From assembly GCA_903864265.1 (NCBI GenBank), contig CAIPFN010000243.1, forward strand, positions 1 to 60,459: a DNA stretch of 60,459 bases, given 5' to 3'. The stretch's first letter is position 1; every line of letters starts with the position of its first letter. The translations under genes were made by a program, and so were the position numbers. Shown here in pieces: positions 1-9,298 of this stretch. Source of the DNA: an uncultured Bacteroidales bacterium. GTDB taxonomy: Bacteria; Bacteroidota; Bacteroidia; Bacteroidales; UBA4417. A model generated the notes under the pieces. The model was not told where the DNA came from, did not search any database, and saw only the letters and a list, made by a program, of their open reading frames with translations.

Positions 1-6
1 TGACGG

Positions 7-117
7 AGACAAGCATTACTACTCATTATTCATTTTCACTTTTCGTTCACGAGTAACCCCAAACCCCTAAAGGGGCTTATTGTAGACAAGCATTACTACT
101 CATTATTCATTTTCACT
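7..117. repeat. Two copies of a 34-bp direct repeat separated by 43 bp
   Basis: AGACAAGCATTACTACTCATTATTCATTTTCACT at 7-40 and 84-117; the spacer contains the hairpin CCCCTAAAGGGG. Confidence 0.85.
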
Positions 118-123
118 CTTCAC

Positions 124-170
124 TCCCGATAGCTATCGGGATCATTTTTCACTACCTTTAGCTATCGGGA
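124..170. repeat. REP-like palindrome plus a partial second copy
   Basis: Perfect 18-bp palindrome TCCCGATAGCTATCGGGA at 124-141; partial TAGCTATCGGGA at 159-170. Confidence 0.75.
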
Positions 171-187
171 TCACTTTTCCCCACCCT

Positions 188-234
188 CCTTTAACCTTTA
201 ACCTTTAACCTTTAACCTTTAACCTTTAACCTTT
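188..234. repeat. Heptamer tandem repeat (CCTTTAA)6.7
   Basis: Read directly; the same unit recurs at 34732-34784. Confidence 0.95.
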
Positions 235-273
235 CCACCTCCACCCGCTCTGCACACATTTCTGAACGCTTAT

Positions 274-1146
274 CTACTTAATCTCGTATGTTTCGCCCGG
301 AAGCAGCACATCCAGTGTGATTCCCCGGCCGCCAAGCAGCTTAGCCTGTACTTTTTTGCTTTTACCCGGGTTATGCAAAACGATCACCTGGTTTTCGCCG
401 GCTACCTTAAATTTATTTCCCGTTACAACAATGGCCGTGGATTCATCAATGCCTACACACACTTCTTCCGGGTTTTCGAGTTGCACGGCAATAAGCCTGT
501 TGAGGCGCTGCCGCTTGATAAAATGCTGGTCCACAATCATGTTTTCAACCAGCCCTAAACCTTCAGTTATCTCAATATTCCCGGGCTCAATGGTGGGATA
601 CCGGCCGGTATATTCTGGGTATTTCAGGGCATTGCCGGTAATCATTTTTTTACTCATTACGGCAGCCCCTGCGCTGGTCCCGGCAATAGTGGAGCCTTTG
701 GCATAGGCCTCATGAACAGCCTTGTAAATAGGTCCCTTGCCCACAATTTTCATAAAGCGGGTCTGGTCGCCGCCGGTAATAAATATGAGTTTGGCCTTCA
801 CTATGGAGTCGAGTTTCGACTGGGCAACCGGTCCGCTCAAGGTGAAGTTAAACCCTATAACTTTTGTAATGCCCGCCGAAGCAAAATCTTCTCTGGCAAA
901 AATCACCGAGCTGTCGGGATCTTCGCCCGACATGGGAAGTATGATTACATAATCGCCTTGGCCGGTACCCGATACCTTTAAAAGCTCCTGCATAAGCGCG
1001 GCGGTCTTTTCACCGCCTCCAATTATAAACAGGTGCCCACGGGCAGGTGTTTTCGGCTGACCTGCCATTTTCTGACTGAACGCCGCAGGCAAATGAATGA
1101 TAATAGTGAACACCAAAGTGATCGTTACAAGCAGTTTGCAATTCAT
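274..1146 (-). CDS. cphB: Cyanophycinase (peptidase S51) with N-terminal signal peptide
   Basis: Motifs IIGGGE, FITGGDQ, GTSAGA (catalytic Ser), VDQHFxxRxRxxRL and GIDEST; hydrophobic N-terminus ending AFS-Q. Confidence 0.88.
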   Translation of the reverse strand: MNCKLLVTITLVFTIIIHLPAAFSQKMAGQPKTPARGHLFIIGGGEKTAALMQELLKVSGTGQGDYVIILPMSGEDPDSSVIFAREDFASAGITKVIGFNFTLSGPVAQSKLDSIVKAKLIFITGGDQTRFMKIVGKGPIYKAVHEAYAKGSTIAGTSAGAAVMSKKMITGNALKYPEYTGRYPTIEPGNIEITEGLGLVENMIVDQHFIKRQRLNRLIAVQLENPEEVCVGIDESTAIVVTGNKFKVAGENQVIVLHNPGKSKKVQAKLLGGRGITLDVLLPGETYEIK

Positions 1147-1184
1147 ATCCTATTCTTTTAGTGAATGAAAATTCAGCTTACTCC

Positions 1185-2786
1185 TTAAAATCCGTTTAAT
1201 TTCATAGTTACCGTGGGGATGAGCAGCAGCCAGCCTATAAAAGCCAGGAACAGCATGAACGGTATCACAAATTTAACCCATTTGCCATACGGTACTTTGG
1301 CTATGCCTAAAACCCCGATCAGAACACCCGATGTTGGGGCGATCATATCGGTAATGCCGGCTCCGAACTGGAATGACATGATGGTGGCCTGCCGTGAGAG
1401 CCCTATAATATCCGAGAATTGAGCCATGATAGGGATGGTGAGGGCGGCCTTGGCCGAGCCGGAGGTAATGATGAGGTTAAGCAGCGACATGAATCCATAC
1501 ATGATGGTTACGGCCGTCAACTGCCCGGTGCCTTTCAGTGAATTAGAAAGCGAATGCAGCACGGTATCAATAATTTGTCCGTCGTTGAGTATAGCAATGA
1601 TGCCTCCTGCAAACCCCACTACCAGGGCTGCCGAAACGATATCCTTCACCCCCTCCTGGAAGAGTTTGGTGATTTCCGAGTTCTTTTTCCCTGCAGCAAA
1701 GCCTGTAAACACCCCCATGGCCAGGAACAGGGCGGCAATTTCCATAATGTACCAGTCGTACCCTAAAACTCCCAGCACAAGGTAGAAAATGGTAAACGCC
1801 AGAATATTCAGTATATAAAAATGAAGCGATTTGCGAAGCGCGAAAAAGCTGGTCACGGCATAAATGCCTGTTAAAACGGGAATGAACGGGCCTTTCACAG
1901 TATTTAATCCCACCCTTAAATTGGTTGAAGGGTAATAGAACGAATAAACCAGCATGATAACGAAAAGCACTCCGCCTACTATCCATGCTGACCGCGGGGT
2001 GTAATACTCAATTTTTTCCACATCCGATTCGCTTCTTTTGCGCCAGTATTCATCTTCGGAATACATGATGGATTTGGAAGGGGTTTTTTTCACCCGGCGG
2101 GCGTACCACAGCACAAAGGCGATAGCCAGGAAAGTGAAGATAAACCAGCAGATCACCCTGTATTCGATGCCGGTGAACAGGGGGACGCTCGCCAACCCCT
2201 GGGCGATCCCTATGGTGAATGGGTTCAGTATGGCGCCTGCAAAGCCGATATGAGCGGCAAAATAACAAAGTCCTATCCCAACCAGCGAATCGTAGCCCAT
2301 GCGAATGGAGAGTTGAACAAATATGATGGTAAAGGCAAGCGTTTCTTCGCTCATGCCGAAAATAGCCCCAAACGCGCTGAAAATGATCATGATAAAGACC
2401 ATAATAATGTTGTCGACACCCAGCATACGGATGAACTTATACTTTTCGAAGCGCTTGGTCAGGTTCAGGAAGGAGAGAATACCAATATCGATTGACCTGG
2501 TTTCGTTCATGATCCAGAAAGCCCCGCCTATCATCAGTATGAACACGATAATATGGGCCATTTTAACAAAACCGTTATAAAAAGCCGAGAATATCTGCCA
2601 GGTCTGGGGCTGGTTATCTACATTTTTAAAGGTATCATTCACGATCACCGATCGTTCCACACCATTTACCTTGATCGTCTGCCGGTCGTATTTTCCCCCG
2701 GGGACAAACCAGGTAAGCACGGCAGCCAGGATGATGATGGAAAATACAATGACAATATTATTCGGGACTTTAAAATTTTTCAGCAT
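1185..2786 (-). CDS. YfcC/DcuC-like amino acid or dipeptide transporter
   Basis: Multi-TM 533 aa; LTWFVPGGKYDR, FGMSEET, NPFTIGIAQGLA, SGSAKAALTIPIM and PTSGVL are typical of the YfcC family. Confidence 0.8.
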   Translation of the reverse strand: MLKNFKVPNNIVIVFSIIILAAVLTWFVPGGKYDRQTIKVNGVERSVIVNDTFKNVDNQPQTWQIFSAFYNGFVKMAHIIVFILMIGGAFWIMNETRSIDIGILSFLNLTKRFEKYKFIRMLGVDNIIMVFIMIIFSAFGAIFGMSEETLAFTIIFVQLSIRMGYDSLVGIGLCYFAAHIGFAGAILNPFTIGIAQGLASVPLFTGIEYRVICWFIFTFLAIAFVLWYARRVKKTPSKSIMYSEDEYWRKRSESDVEKIEYYTPRSAWIVGGVLFVIMLVYSFYYPSTNLRVGLNTVKGPFIPVLTGIYAVTSFFALRKSLHFYILNILAFTIFYLVLGVLGYDWYIMEIAALFLAMGVFTGFAAGKKNSEITKLFQEGVKDIVSAALVVGFAGGIIAILNDGQIIDTVLHSLSNSLKGTGQLTAVTIMYGFMSLLNLIITSGSAKAALTIPIMAQFSDIIGLSRQATIMSFQFGAGITDMIAPTSGVLIGVLGIAKVPYGKWVKFVIPFMLFLAFIGWLLLIPTVTMKLNGF

Positions 2787-3145
2787 ATCCTGATGGTTTC
2801 TGTTTAAGCAATGCTATGGATTAACAGGCTAAAATAAGAAGATTAACCAGAATAAAATGTTATTTGCTGTTTTTTTTTGACGCCATTGAAATCAGCGTCC
2901 AAATCCCGGTGGATCGCCTATTGGACTGGCGGCAAGTTGGAATGTCACCTGTAAGGGGAAAACCTGTCCGGTGGAATACTACGAATGATTTATCAGGCTT
3001 TAATTTGGGCCTTCGCTGTCTAAAAAGTGGGTTTTCACCCTGTTGTTGAGATAATCGCTCAGATATTTATTTGAATGCAAACTGCTTTTTTTGTATAAAA
3101 CGAAATTAAATTGTTAATCAATGTTAATATTCGTCATTTATTCCC

Positions 3146-3153
3146 TACATTTG
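3146..3153 (+). promoter_or_regulatory. Bacteroidota sigma70 -7 box for susC
   Basis: TACATTTG matches TAnnTTTG ~130 bp upstream of susC; TGTTAAT direct repeat at 3112 and 3122 just upstream. Confidence 0.55.
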
Positions 3154-3285
3154 AATTAACATTTCAATAACTTATCCGAAAGCCTGAAAAATATCAATAT
3201 TGCAATGAATATGAATTGAGCGAGAGGAACATTGAATAGCCAGATCCACCAAAACCAAATATTAACTAACCAAAAACAACATTGT

Positions 3286-6200
3286 ATGAAAAAAATCTAC
3301 GTTTTAGTAACGCTGATGTGCTTTATTTTCCTGCATGCGGCGAATGCTCAGAACCGGCTATTGTCGGGGCTGGTGACTTCAGCCGATGATGGATCCACCA
3401 TCCCGGGTGTTTCTGTCACGGTTAAAGGAAATCTGACCCTGGGAGCTATTACTGATATTGAAGGTAAATACCAGATTTCGGTGCCATCAACGGCACAGAC
3501 TCTTGTATTCAGCTCGGTTGGCATGCAGAAACTGGAAGTAGCCATTCTGAGTTCGAATGTGATCAATGTTTCCCTGATGCCCATCGCTACTAACCTCGAC
3601 GAAATCGTGGTCATAGGCTATGGTACCCAGATTAAATCGAAAGTAACGGGTAACATTTCGAAAGTGAACGGCGATCTGATCAGGAACACCCCGGTACCCT
3701 CGGTACAACAAGCTTTGCAAGGTAAAACGGCCGGGGTTTTTGTGGAAGCCAATAACGGGAAAGTGAGCGGTGCAACCCGTATGCGTATCCGCGGTTCTTC
3801 GTCCATTACGGCAAACAATGAACCTCTCTTTATCGTGGATGGAGTGCCTTTGACCACCGAGTCGCTGAACCAGACCGGGGCATCCATTAATCCCTTGACA
3901 AGCATTAACTTCAACGATATTGAATCCATTGATGTGCTGAAAGATGCTTCTTCCACCGCTATTTACGGTTCGAGAGGTGCCAATGGCGTTATACTGATCA
4001 CAACCAAGAAAGGCAAGGCAGGCGACACCAAGCTGAATGTGAATTTTCAGTATGGATACAGCAAAGCATCGCATATGCGCGAATTTTTAAATACCGACCA
4101 GTATATTTCCTATTTCCGCGAAGCAGCCTATAACAGTGACTTGCTGGAAGGATATGACCCTATTAATAATCCGGATGATTATGCAGGCTCCTGGCTTCAA
4201 TCGGCCGAAAAAAGATTTAAACGTTACAGTGGCTGGGCTGCAAAACTGGATGCCAGCCAAACGGTTCCTGGCAAAGATTATATAGGATCGCAGGTGAATA
4301 CCGACTGGCAGAAGCAGGCATTCCAGATCGGGGGATTACAGATGTTTGATTTCTCCGCTTCAGGGGGTACCGAAAAACTGAAGTACTTTGCCAGCGCCGC
4401 CTACAATAAACAGGAAAGTATCATTGTTTCCAATGGCCTCGATCGTTTCAGCGGCCGCCTGAACATTGACAACAAAGTGAATAACTTTATCGATCTGGGC
4501 TTCACACTGAGCCTGGCACGTACCAATATCAGGCAGGTTTCGGCCGATAACGCGTTTTCGACCCCGATGCAGCTGGTCGCCATGGCCCCCATTACCCCTA
4601 TACGGGATCTGCAGGGCCAGTTATACGGCACGCCCACTACCACCTATTATAATCCTCTGATTGATGTAGAGGATACCAGGCGAAACATACTGGAAACCCG
4701 AACCGTTACCAACGCGTATGTTAAATTCACTTTGATGAAAGGACTTGCCTGGAGAAACGAACTGGGTTATGACCTTTACAACCTGAAGGAAAACAGCCGT
4801 TACGGGAAACGTACCGATGCCGGGCAGGGCATCAACGGCTATGCTATTTCCAACTACGGGCAAACCCAGAACCTGGTAACCAAATCTTACCTCGATTACC
4901 TGAAGAACTTTGGCGATTTCGGGGTAAGTGCTGTTTTAGGAACCGAATTCCAGAAAACATCGGTGGATAACACCTGGGTGGATGGTCAGAATTTCTCGAC
5001 TGACGACCTGAAGACCCTCGCCAGTGCAGGACTGATTACCTCAGGTACTTCCACATTAAACGAGTATGCCTTCCTGTCGTATTTCTCGAGGGCCACTTTC
5101 GATTACAAGAGTAAATACCTGGTAACCCTGGCCGGACGTATTGATGAATCCTCGAGGTTCGGGTCCAAAAAACGGGAAGGATTTTTCCCTGCTGTTTCAG
5201 CCGGATGGGTGATTACGAAGGAAGAATTCCTGGCCAACAACAGTATACTCAGTTTCCTGAAAATCAGGACGAGTTACGGTAAGACCGGGAATGCCGGTAT
5301 AGGAAACTTCCGTTATCTGGGATTATACGGGGTAACTCCCTATAACGGTCAGCCGGGCTTAGCGCCAACCCAGATTGCCAATGACAATTTAGGATGGGAA
5401 AGCACCCGGCAACTCGATTTTGGACTTGACTTCGGGATTTTCCAAAACCGTATCTCAGGCGAAATTGATTATTACGTGAAAAAAACCAAGGACCTGTTGC
5501 TGGATGTACCGGTACCGGGCACCAGTGGTTTCAGCGTTCAAACCCAGAATATAGGTTCCGTTGAGAATAAGGGATTTGAATTTGTACTGAATACTTCCAA
5601 CCTGGTGGGTGACTTTAAGTGGAGTACGTCATTCAATTTTTCAGTGAACAAGAATAAGGTTACCGACCTGGGCGGACAGCAAATCATTGACCAGGGCAGT
5701 TCGCGTTTTATGAATGTGGTAAAAGTGGGAGAACCTTTAGGGGTTTTCTACGGAGCTCAATATGCCGGCGTTGACCCTGCAAACGGCGATGCCATATGGT
5801 ATGTGAACGAAAAGGATGCGAATGGCAATATTATAAACCCTGCCGCCACCACCAACGATTTCGCGTCAGCCAATTTCGTAGTGCTGGGGCATCCTACTCC
5901 TGATAACATGGCAGCCCTTACCAACACTTTCGAATATAAGGGAATAGAACTGTCCTTCACTTTCCAGGGAGTGAGCGGCAACAAAATCCACCTTACCGGT
6001 GATCCTTATATGGCTGCAAATGCGGCATGGTACGACAACCAGACTACCGACCAGCTCGCCAGCTGGAAAAAGCCGGGCGACATTACCAATATTCCCCAGG
6101 CCCGCCTTGGGTACGACAACGGCGACCAGGGACGCAACAGCCGCTACCTTTCGGATGGCTCCTACATCAAACTGCGTTCGCTGACCCTTGGGTACGAACT

Positions 6201-6405
6201 CCCTTCCGACCTGATCAAAAAAGCAAAATTCGAAAGGGTGCGCATCTACATCCAGGCTCAGAACCTGCTCACTTTTACAAAGTACATAGGCTGGGATCCG
6301 GAAGTTTCGTCGGATTTTGCGGTTGATAATGTTACATCGGGGGTTGATTTCTATTCGGCACCTCAGCCGCGTTCCATCACGCTGGGAATTAACATAGGGT
6401 TATAA
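3286..6405 (+). CDS. SusC/RagA-family TonB-dependent outer membrane transporter
   Basis: Signal peptide from MKKIY (start revised to 3286); IRGSSSI, PLFIVDGVP, DIESIDVLKDASSTAIYGSRGANGVILITTKKG, LGWEST; C-terminal beta-strand. Confidence 0.95.
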   Translation: MKKIYVLVTLMCFIFLHAANAQNRLLSGLVTSADDGSTIPGVSVTVKGNLTLGAITDIEGKYQISVPSTAQTLVFSSVGMQKLEVAILSSNVINVSLMPIATNLDEIVVIGYGTQIKSKVTGNISKVNGDLIRNTPVPSVQQALQGKTAGVFVEANNGKVSGATRMRIRGSSSITANNEPLFIVDGVPLTTESLNQTGASINPLTSINFNDIESIDVLKDASSTAIYGSRGANGVILITTKKGKAGDTKLNVNFQYGYSKASHMREFLNTDQYISYFREAAYNSDLLEGYDPINNPDDYAGSWLQSAEKRFKRYSGWAAKLDASQTVPGKDYIGSQVNTDWQKQAFQIGGLQMFDFSASGGTEKLKYFASAAYNKQESIIVSNGLDRFSGRLNIDNKVNNFIDLGFTLSLARTNIRQVSADNAFSTPMQLVAMAPITPIRDLQGQLYGTPTTTYYNPLIDVEDTRRNILETRTVTNAYVKFTLMKGLAWRNELGYDLYNLKENSRYGKRTDAGQGINGYAISNYGQTQNLVTKSYLDYLKNFGDFGVSAVLGTEFQKTSVDNTWVDGQNFSTDDLKTLASAGLITSGTSTLNEYAFLSYFSRATFDYKSKYLVTLAGRIDESSRFGSKKREGFFPAVSAGWVITKEEFLANNSILSFLKIRTSYGKTGNAGIGNFRYLGLYGVTPYNGQPGLAPTQIANDNLGWESTRQLDFGLDFGIFQNRISGEIDYYVKKTKDLLLDVPVPGTSGFSVQTQNIGSVENKGFEFVLNTSNLVGDFKWSTSFNFSVNKNKVTDLGGQQIIDQGSSRFMNVVKVGEPLGVFYGAQYAGVDPANGDAIWYVNEKDANGNIINPAATTNDFASANFVVLGHPTPDNMAALTNTFEYKGIELSFTFQGVSGNKIHLTGDPYMAANAAWYDNQTTDQLASWKKPGDITNIPQARLGYDNGDQGRNSRYLSDGSYIKLRSLTLGYELPSDLIKKAKFERVRIYIQAQNLLTFTKYIGWDPEVSSDFAVDNVTSGVDFYSAPQPRSITLGINIGL

Positions 6406-6426
6406 TCACTAAAAGACATGTATAAT

Positions 6427-7773
6427 ATGAAAAAGATAAAATCAATAATGGCTATCATCACGCTACTGATTCTGGGCAGTTCGTGCACGAAATATCTTGA
6501 CCTGAAGCCTCAGCAGAACCTGGATGAAAGTGTAGCTTTAAATTCGGATGCCAATGTCAAAACGGTGCTTATCGGTGCCTATCGGGCTATGCGTTACAGC
6601 GCCATATACGGAGGCTGCATATTGCGCAATTCGGAGCTTTTAGGAGGAACAGGAGAAATTTCGTGGCAGGGAACCTATAACGGTCCGCGCGAAATCTATA
6701 ACCACGCCATCATTGCCGCCAACGGTGATATCACGAGTCAGTGGCTGGATAGCTATATCTGCATAAATATTTGCAATAACGTACTCTCGGCCCTCGCGGT
6801 GGTTGACGAAGCTGACAGGGGAACGGTTGAAGGCGAAGCCTTATTCCTGCGCAGCATGATGTATTTCGACCTGGTGCGTTTTTATGCCCAAGGCTATGAA
6901 CCCGGTGCAGCAAATTCGCAACTTGGTGTTCCCCTGGTGCTTACGCCCACCCATGGCATTAGTGTTACCAATAACGTGGGACGTAATACCGTGGAAGAAG
7001 TTTATACCCAGGTGCTGGCTGATTTAACCCGTGCGGCTACCTTATTGCCTGATGCAAACGGATATTATGCTACTTCGGGTGCCGCTAATGCTTTGCTTTC
7101 CCGCGTGAATCTTCAGAAAGGCAACTATGCCGGTGCCAGGGATGCTGCCGACAAGGTAATCAGTTCAGAGTTGTATTCCCTGACAGCTACCTATGCCCAG
7201 GCATTCAATAACACCGAATCCTCTTCAGAGGATATTTTCTCCACCAAATTTATTCCGGCCGACGGCATTAACCAAATGACCGAATTCTGGTCAACTACCG
7301 AATATGGCGGAAGGGATGGCGATATTGAAATTCTGGACGGGCATCTCAGCCTCTATGATCCTTCGGATGAGCGACTGGCTATGTTCTGGATTGGAAATGA
7401 CGCTTACCGGTCAGGGAAATGGAATACTCAATATGGTTTGGTTAATTTGTTCCGACTGGCCGAAATGTACCTCATCAGAGCCGAATGCAACCAGCGATTA
7501 GGTACCGAGGTAGGTGATACGCCAACCAACGATTACAATATGACACATACCCGTGCGGGCTTAGCTGCAGCCGAATCGGTCACGCTTGAGGATATTCTCC
7601 TCGAACGCAGACTCGAACTGGCTCATGAAGGGTTTAAACTCCATGATATGAAAAGACTCAAACTCAACGTTGGCGATTTGCCTTACAACGATCCAAAAAT
7701 GATATTCCCGATTCCCGACAGGGAAATGTCGGCCAACCCGGCATTAAAAGGACAGCAGAACGAAGGATACTAA
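6427..7773 (+). CDS. SusD/RagB-family surface lipoprotein
   Basis: Lipobox LGSSC; GEALFLRSMMYFDLVRFY, FRLAEMYLIRAE, ERRLELAHEG; directly downstream of susC (alternative start 6418). Confidence 0.93.
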   Translation: MKKIKSIMAIITLLILGSSCTKYLDLKPQQNLDESVALNSDANVKTVLIGAYRAMRYSAIYGGCILRNSELLGGTGEISWQGTYNGPREIYNHAIIAANGDITSQWLDSYICINICNNVLSALAVVDEADRGTVEGEALFLRSMMYFDLVRFYAQGYEPGAANSQLGVPLVLTPTHGISVTNNVGRNTVEEVYTQVLADLTRAATLLPDANGYYATSGAANALLSRVNLQKGNYAGARDAADKVISSELYSLTATYAQAFNNTESSSEDIFSTKFIPADGINQMTEFWSTTEYGGRDGDIEILDGHLSLYDPSDERLAMFWIGNDAYRSGKWNTQYGLVNLFRLAEMYLIRAECNQRLGTEVGDTPTNDYNMTHTRAGLAAAESVTLEDILLERRLELAHEGFKLHDMKRLKLNVGDLPYNDPKMIFPIPDREMSANPALKGQQNEGY

Positions 7774-7793
7774 AGTTGACAGATGACGAAAGT

Positions 7794-7824
7794 AAAGAAG
7801 CCGGTTTTAACAGCCGGCTTCTTT
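7794..7824. terminator. Bidirectional intrinsic terminator between susD and the GNAT gene
   Basis: AAAGAAGCCGG...CCGGCTTCTTT inverted repeat between convergent genes. Confidence 0.8.
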
Positions 7825-7848
7825 GCGTTTATACATGAAGGATGTGTT

Positions 7849-8328
7849 TTATTCCTCATGTCTGAACAAAGGCAGGGCGGTTAGGCGGGCTACAACTTCC
7901 GAACCCAGGTCCCCTTCAGGGCTGAAAGCCCAGACGAACATCGCTTTTACAGGATGGTCCTTTCGAATGTTTTCGATTGCCGAAAGTGCAAGTTGTTTTG
8001 CTATTCCTTTTCGCCGGAACTCAGCCAGCACCATGGCCGAACAGAGGTACAGGGCCTCATAGGGTGTATCCAGGGGGGTAAGCTCGAATAACTCTTTTTC
8101 CGAGATTTCTTTGTTTAGAAACCGGTTCATCAAATCTGTTGTTGTAGGTATGAGCAGCACCCATGCTACAGGGCCATTCCCGTCGTCGTATTCCGAAACT
8201 GTTGCAGGATGTATCCTTTGCAGGCGTTGCAACACCTCCTGGTTAACATCAAGCTGGCTGGGGTCATTTTTGCTGGCAAAAACTTCGTCGGCCAGTTGTA
8301 TCATGCGTTCGAAATGACTTAGAGACAT
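7849..8328 (-). CDS. GNAT-family N-acetyltransferase
   Basis: Acetyl-CoA-binding motif VLAEFRRKGIAKQL. Confidence 0.7.
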   Translation of the reverse strand: MSLSHFERMIQLADEVFASKNDPSQLDVNQEVLQRLQRIHPATVSEYDDGNGPVAWVLLIPTTTDLMNRFLNKEISEKELFELTPLDTPYEALYLCSAMVLAEFRRKGIAKQLALSAIENIRKDHPVKAMFVWAFSPEGDLGSEVVARLTALPLFRHEE

Positions 8329-8441
8329 AGTTTAGAAATTGAGTTAAATTGTGAAAGGTGATTCTCGATGCCCGCTTTCAAGTGCAGAGGGATTTTGCTT
8401 ATGCTTGCCGGCGAGGTCAGCCGGTGAGCCTGGTCATACTT

Positions 8442-8795
8442 TTAATGAAAATCACCGGCAGTCGCTATTTTTCTTACTTCAACGCTGTTTCCTTCTCCCT
8501 GAAGTACAGGGCAGCCTTTTGCAAACTCAACGGCTTCGTCAGGCGAACCGGCTTTTACAAGGATGTATCCTCCTATCGTTTCTTTTTTTTCGCCAAAAGG
8601 ACCGTTTGTAACCGACGTGTCGTGATGCACTACCCGGCTTTCGCTAAATAATAAGCCGTTTCCGCCGGTTAGTTGGTTCCGGGCCGCAATACCTGCCATC
8701 CAGTCGGAGGTTTGTTTCATCCACATCTGAATTTGTTCAGGTGATGCTACCTTATGTCCATCTTCGTGCCTGAAAATCAAAATATAATCATCCAT
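8442..8795 (-). CDS. YciI/DGPF-domain protein
   Basis: VTNGPFGEKKETIGGY...EAVEFAKGCP...VEVR; -7 box (TACTTTTG on minus strand) at 8838-8845. Confidence 0.85.
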   Translation of the reverse strand: MDDYILIFRHEDGHKVASPEQIQMWMKQTSDWMAGIAARNQLTGGNGLLFSESRVVHHDTSVTNGPFGEKKETIGGYILVKAGSPDEAVEFAKGCPVLQGEGNSVEVRKIATAGDFH

Positions 8796-9235
8796 TGGTT
8801 CCGGATTTTAAGGGTACATAAGTTTAAATTCACAATCCAAAAGTAAGTTTTGGGTTTCGAAATTACAAATTATTGTAACTAATCATCCGCCCAAAAAAAT
8901 ATTTCAGTCGCAGATTTCATAGGTTAACACCGATTTCCATTCCTCTTTGATGGCTTTTATGTTTAATTTTTCTGATTGATATAATCCAAATCTGCGAAAT
9001 CAGTAGCATGTATTAGATTCTCAATACTTTGTAAGGAGTGAACAGCTGCAATTTTTAACTTCCGGGAATATCAACCCAAAACAGATATCACAGCCCTTGA
9101 TTCCGGCTGTGTCAACTGTAAACTAAAATTCAGCCTGTGAGAAAGCAGGTTCTAGTCGCCCGAATCTTTTTTAGCTGAAGATGGAAGTTTTTTCTTCTTC
9201 TTTTCACGGCTATGGCATCCATATTTTTATCCTCT

Positions 9236-9243
9236 TACCTTTG
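9236..9243 (+). promoter_or_regulatory. -7 promoter box for the SNF2 gene
   Basis: TACCTTTG 55 bp upstream of the ATG. Confidence 0.6.
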
Positions 9244-9298
9244 CAACGGATTACAAACCGAATTTTAAGAGCTAAAGCTGGCCGGGAATATTTTAGGA

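Noticed and set aside
7-117. Possible CRISPR array (34-bp repeat, 43-bp spacer)
   Set aside because: Only two copies are visible, the repeat is low-complexity and non-palindromic, the spacer is itself a hairpin element, and no cas genes are in the window; cannot be fully excluded without leftward sequence
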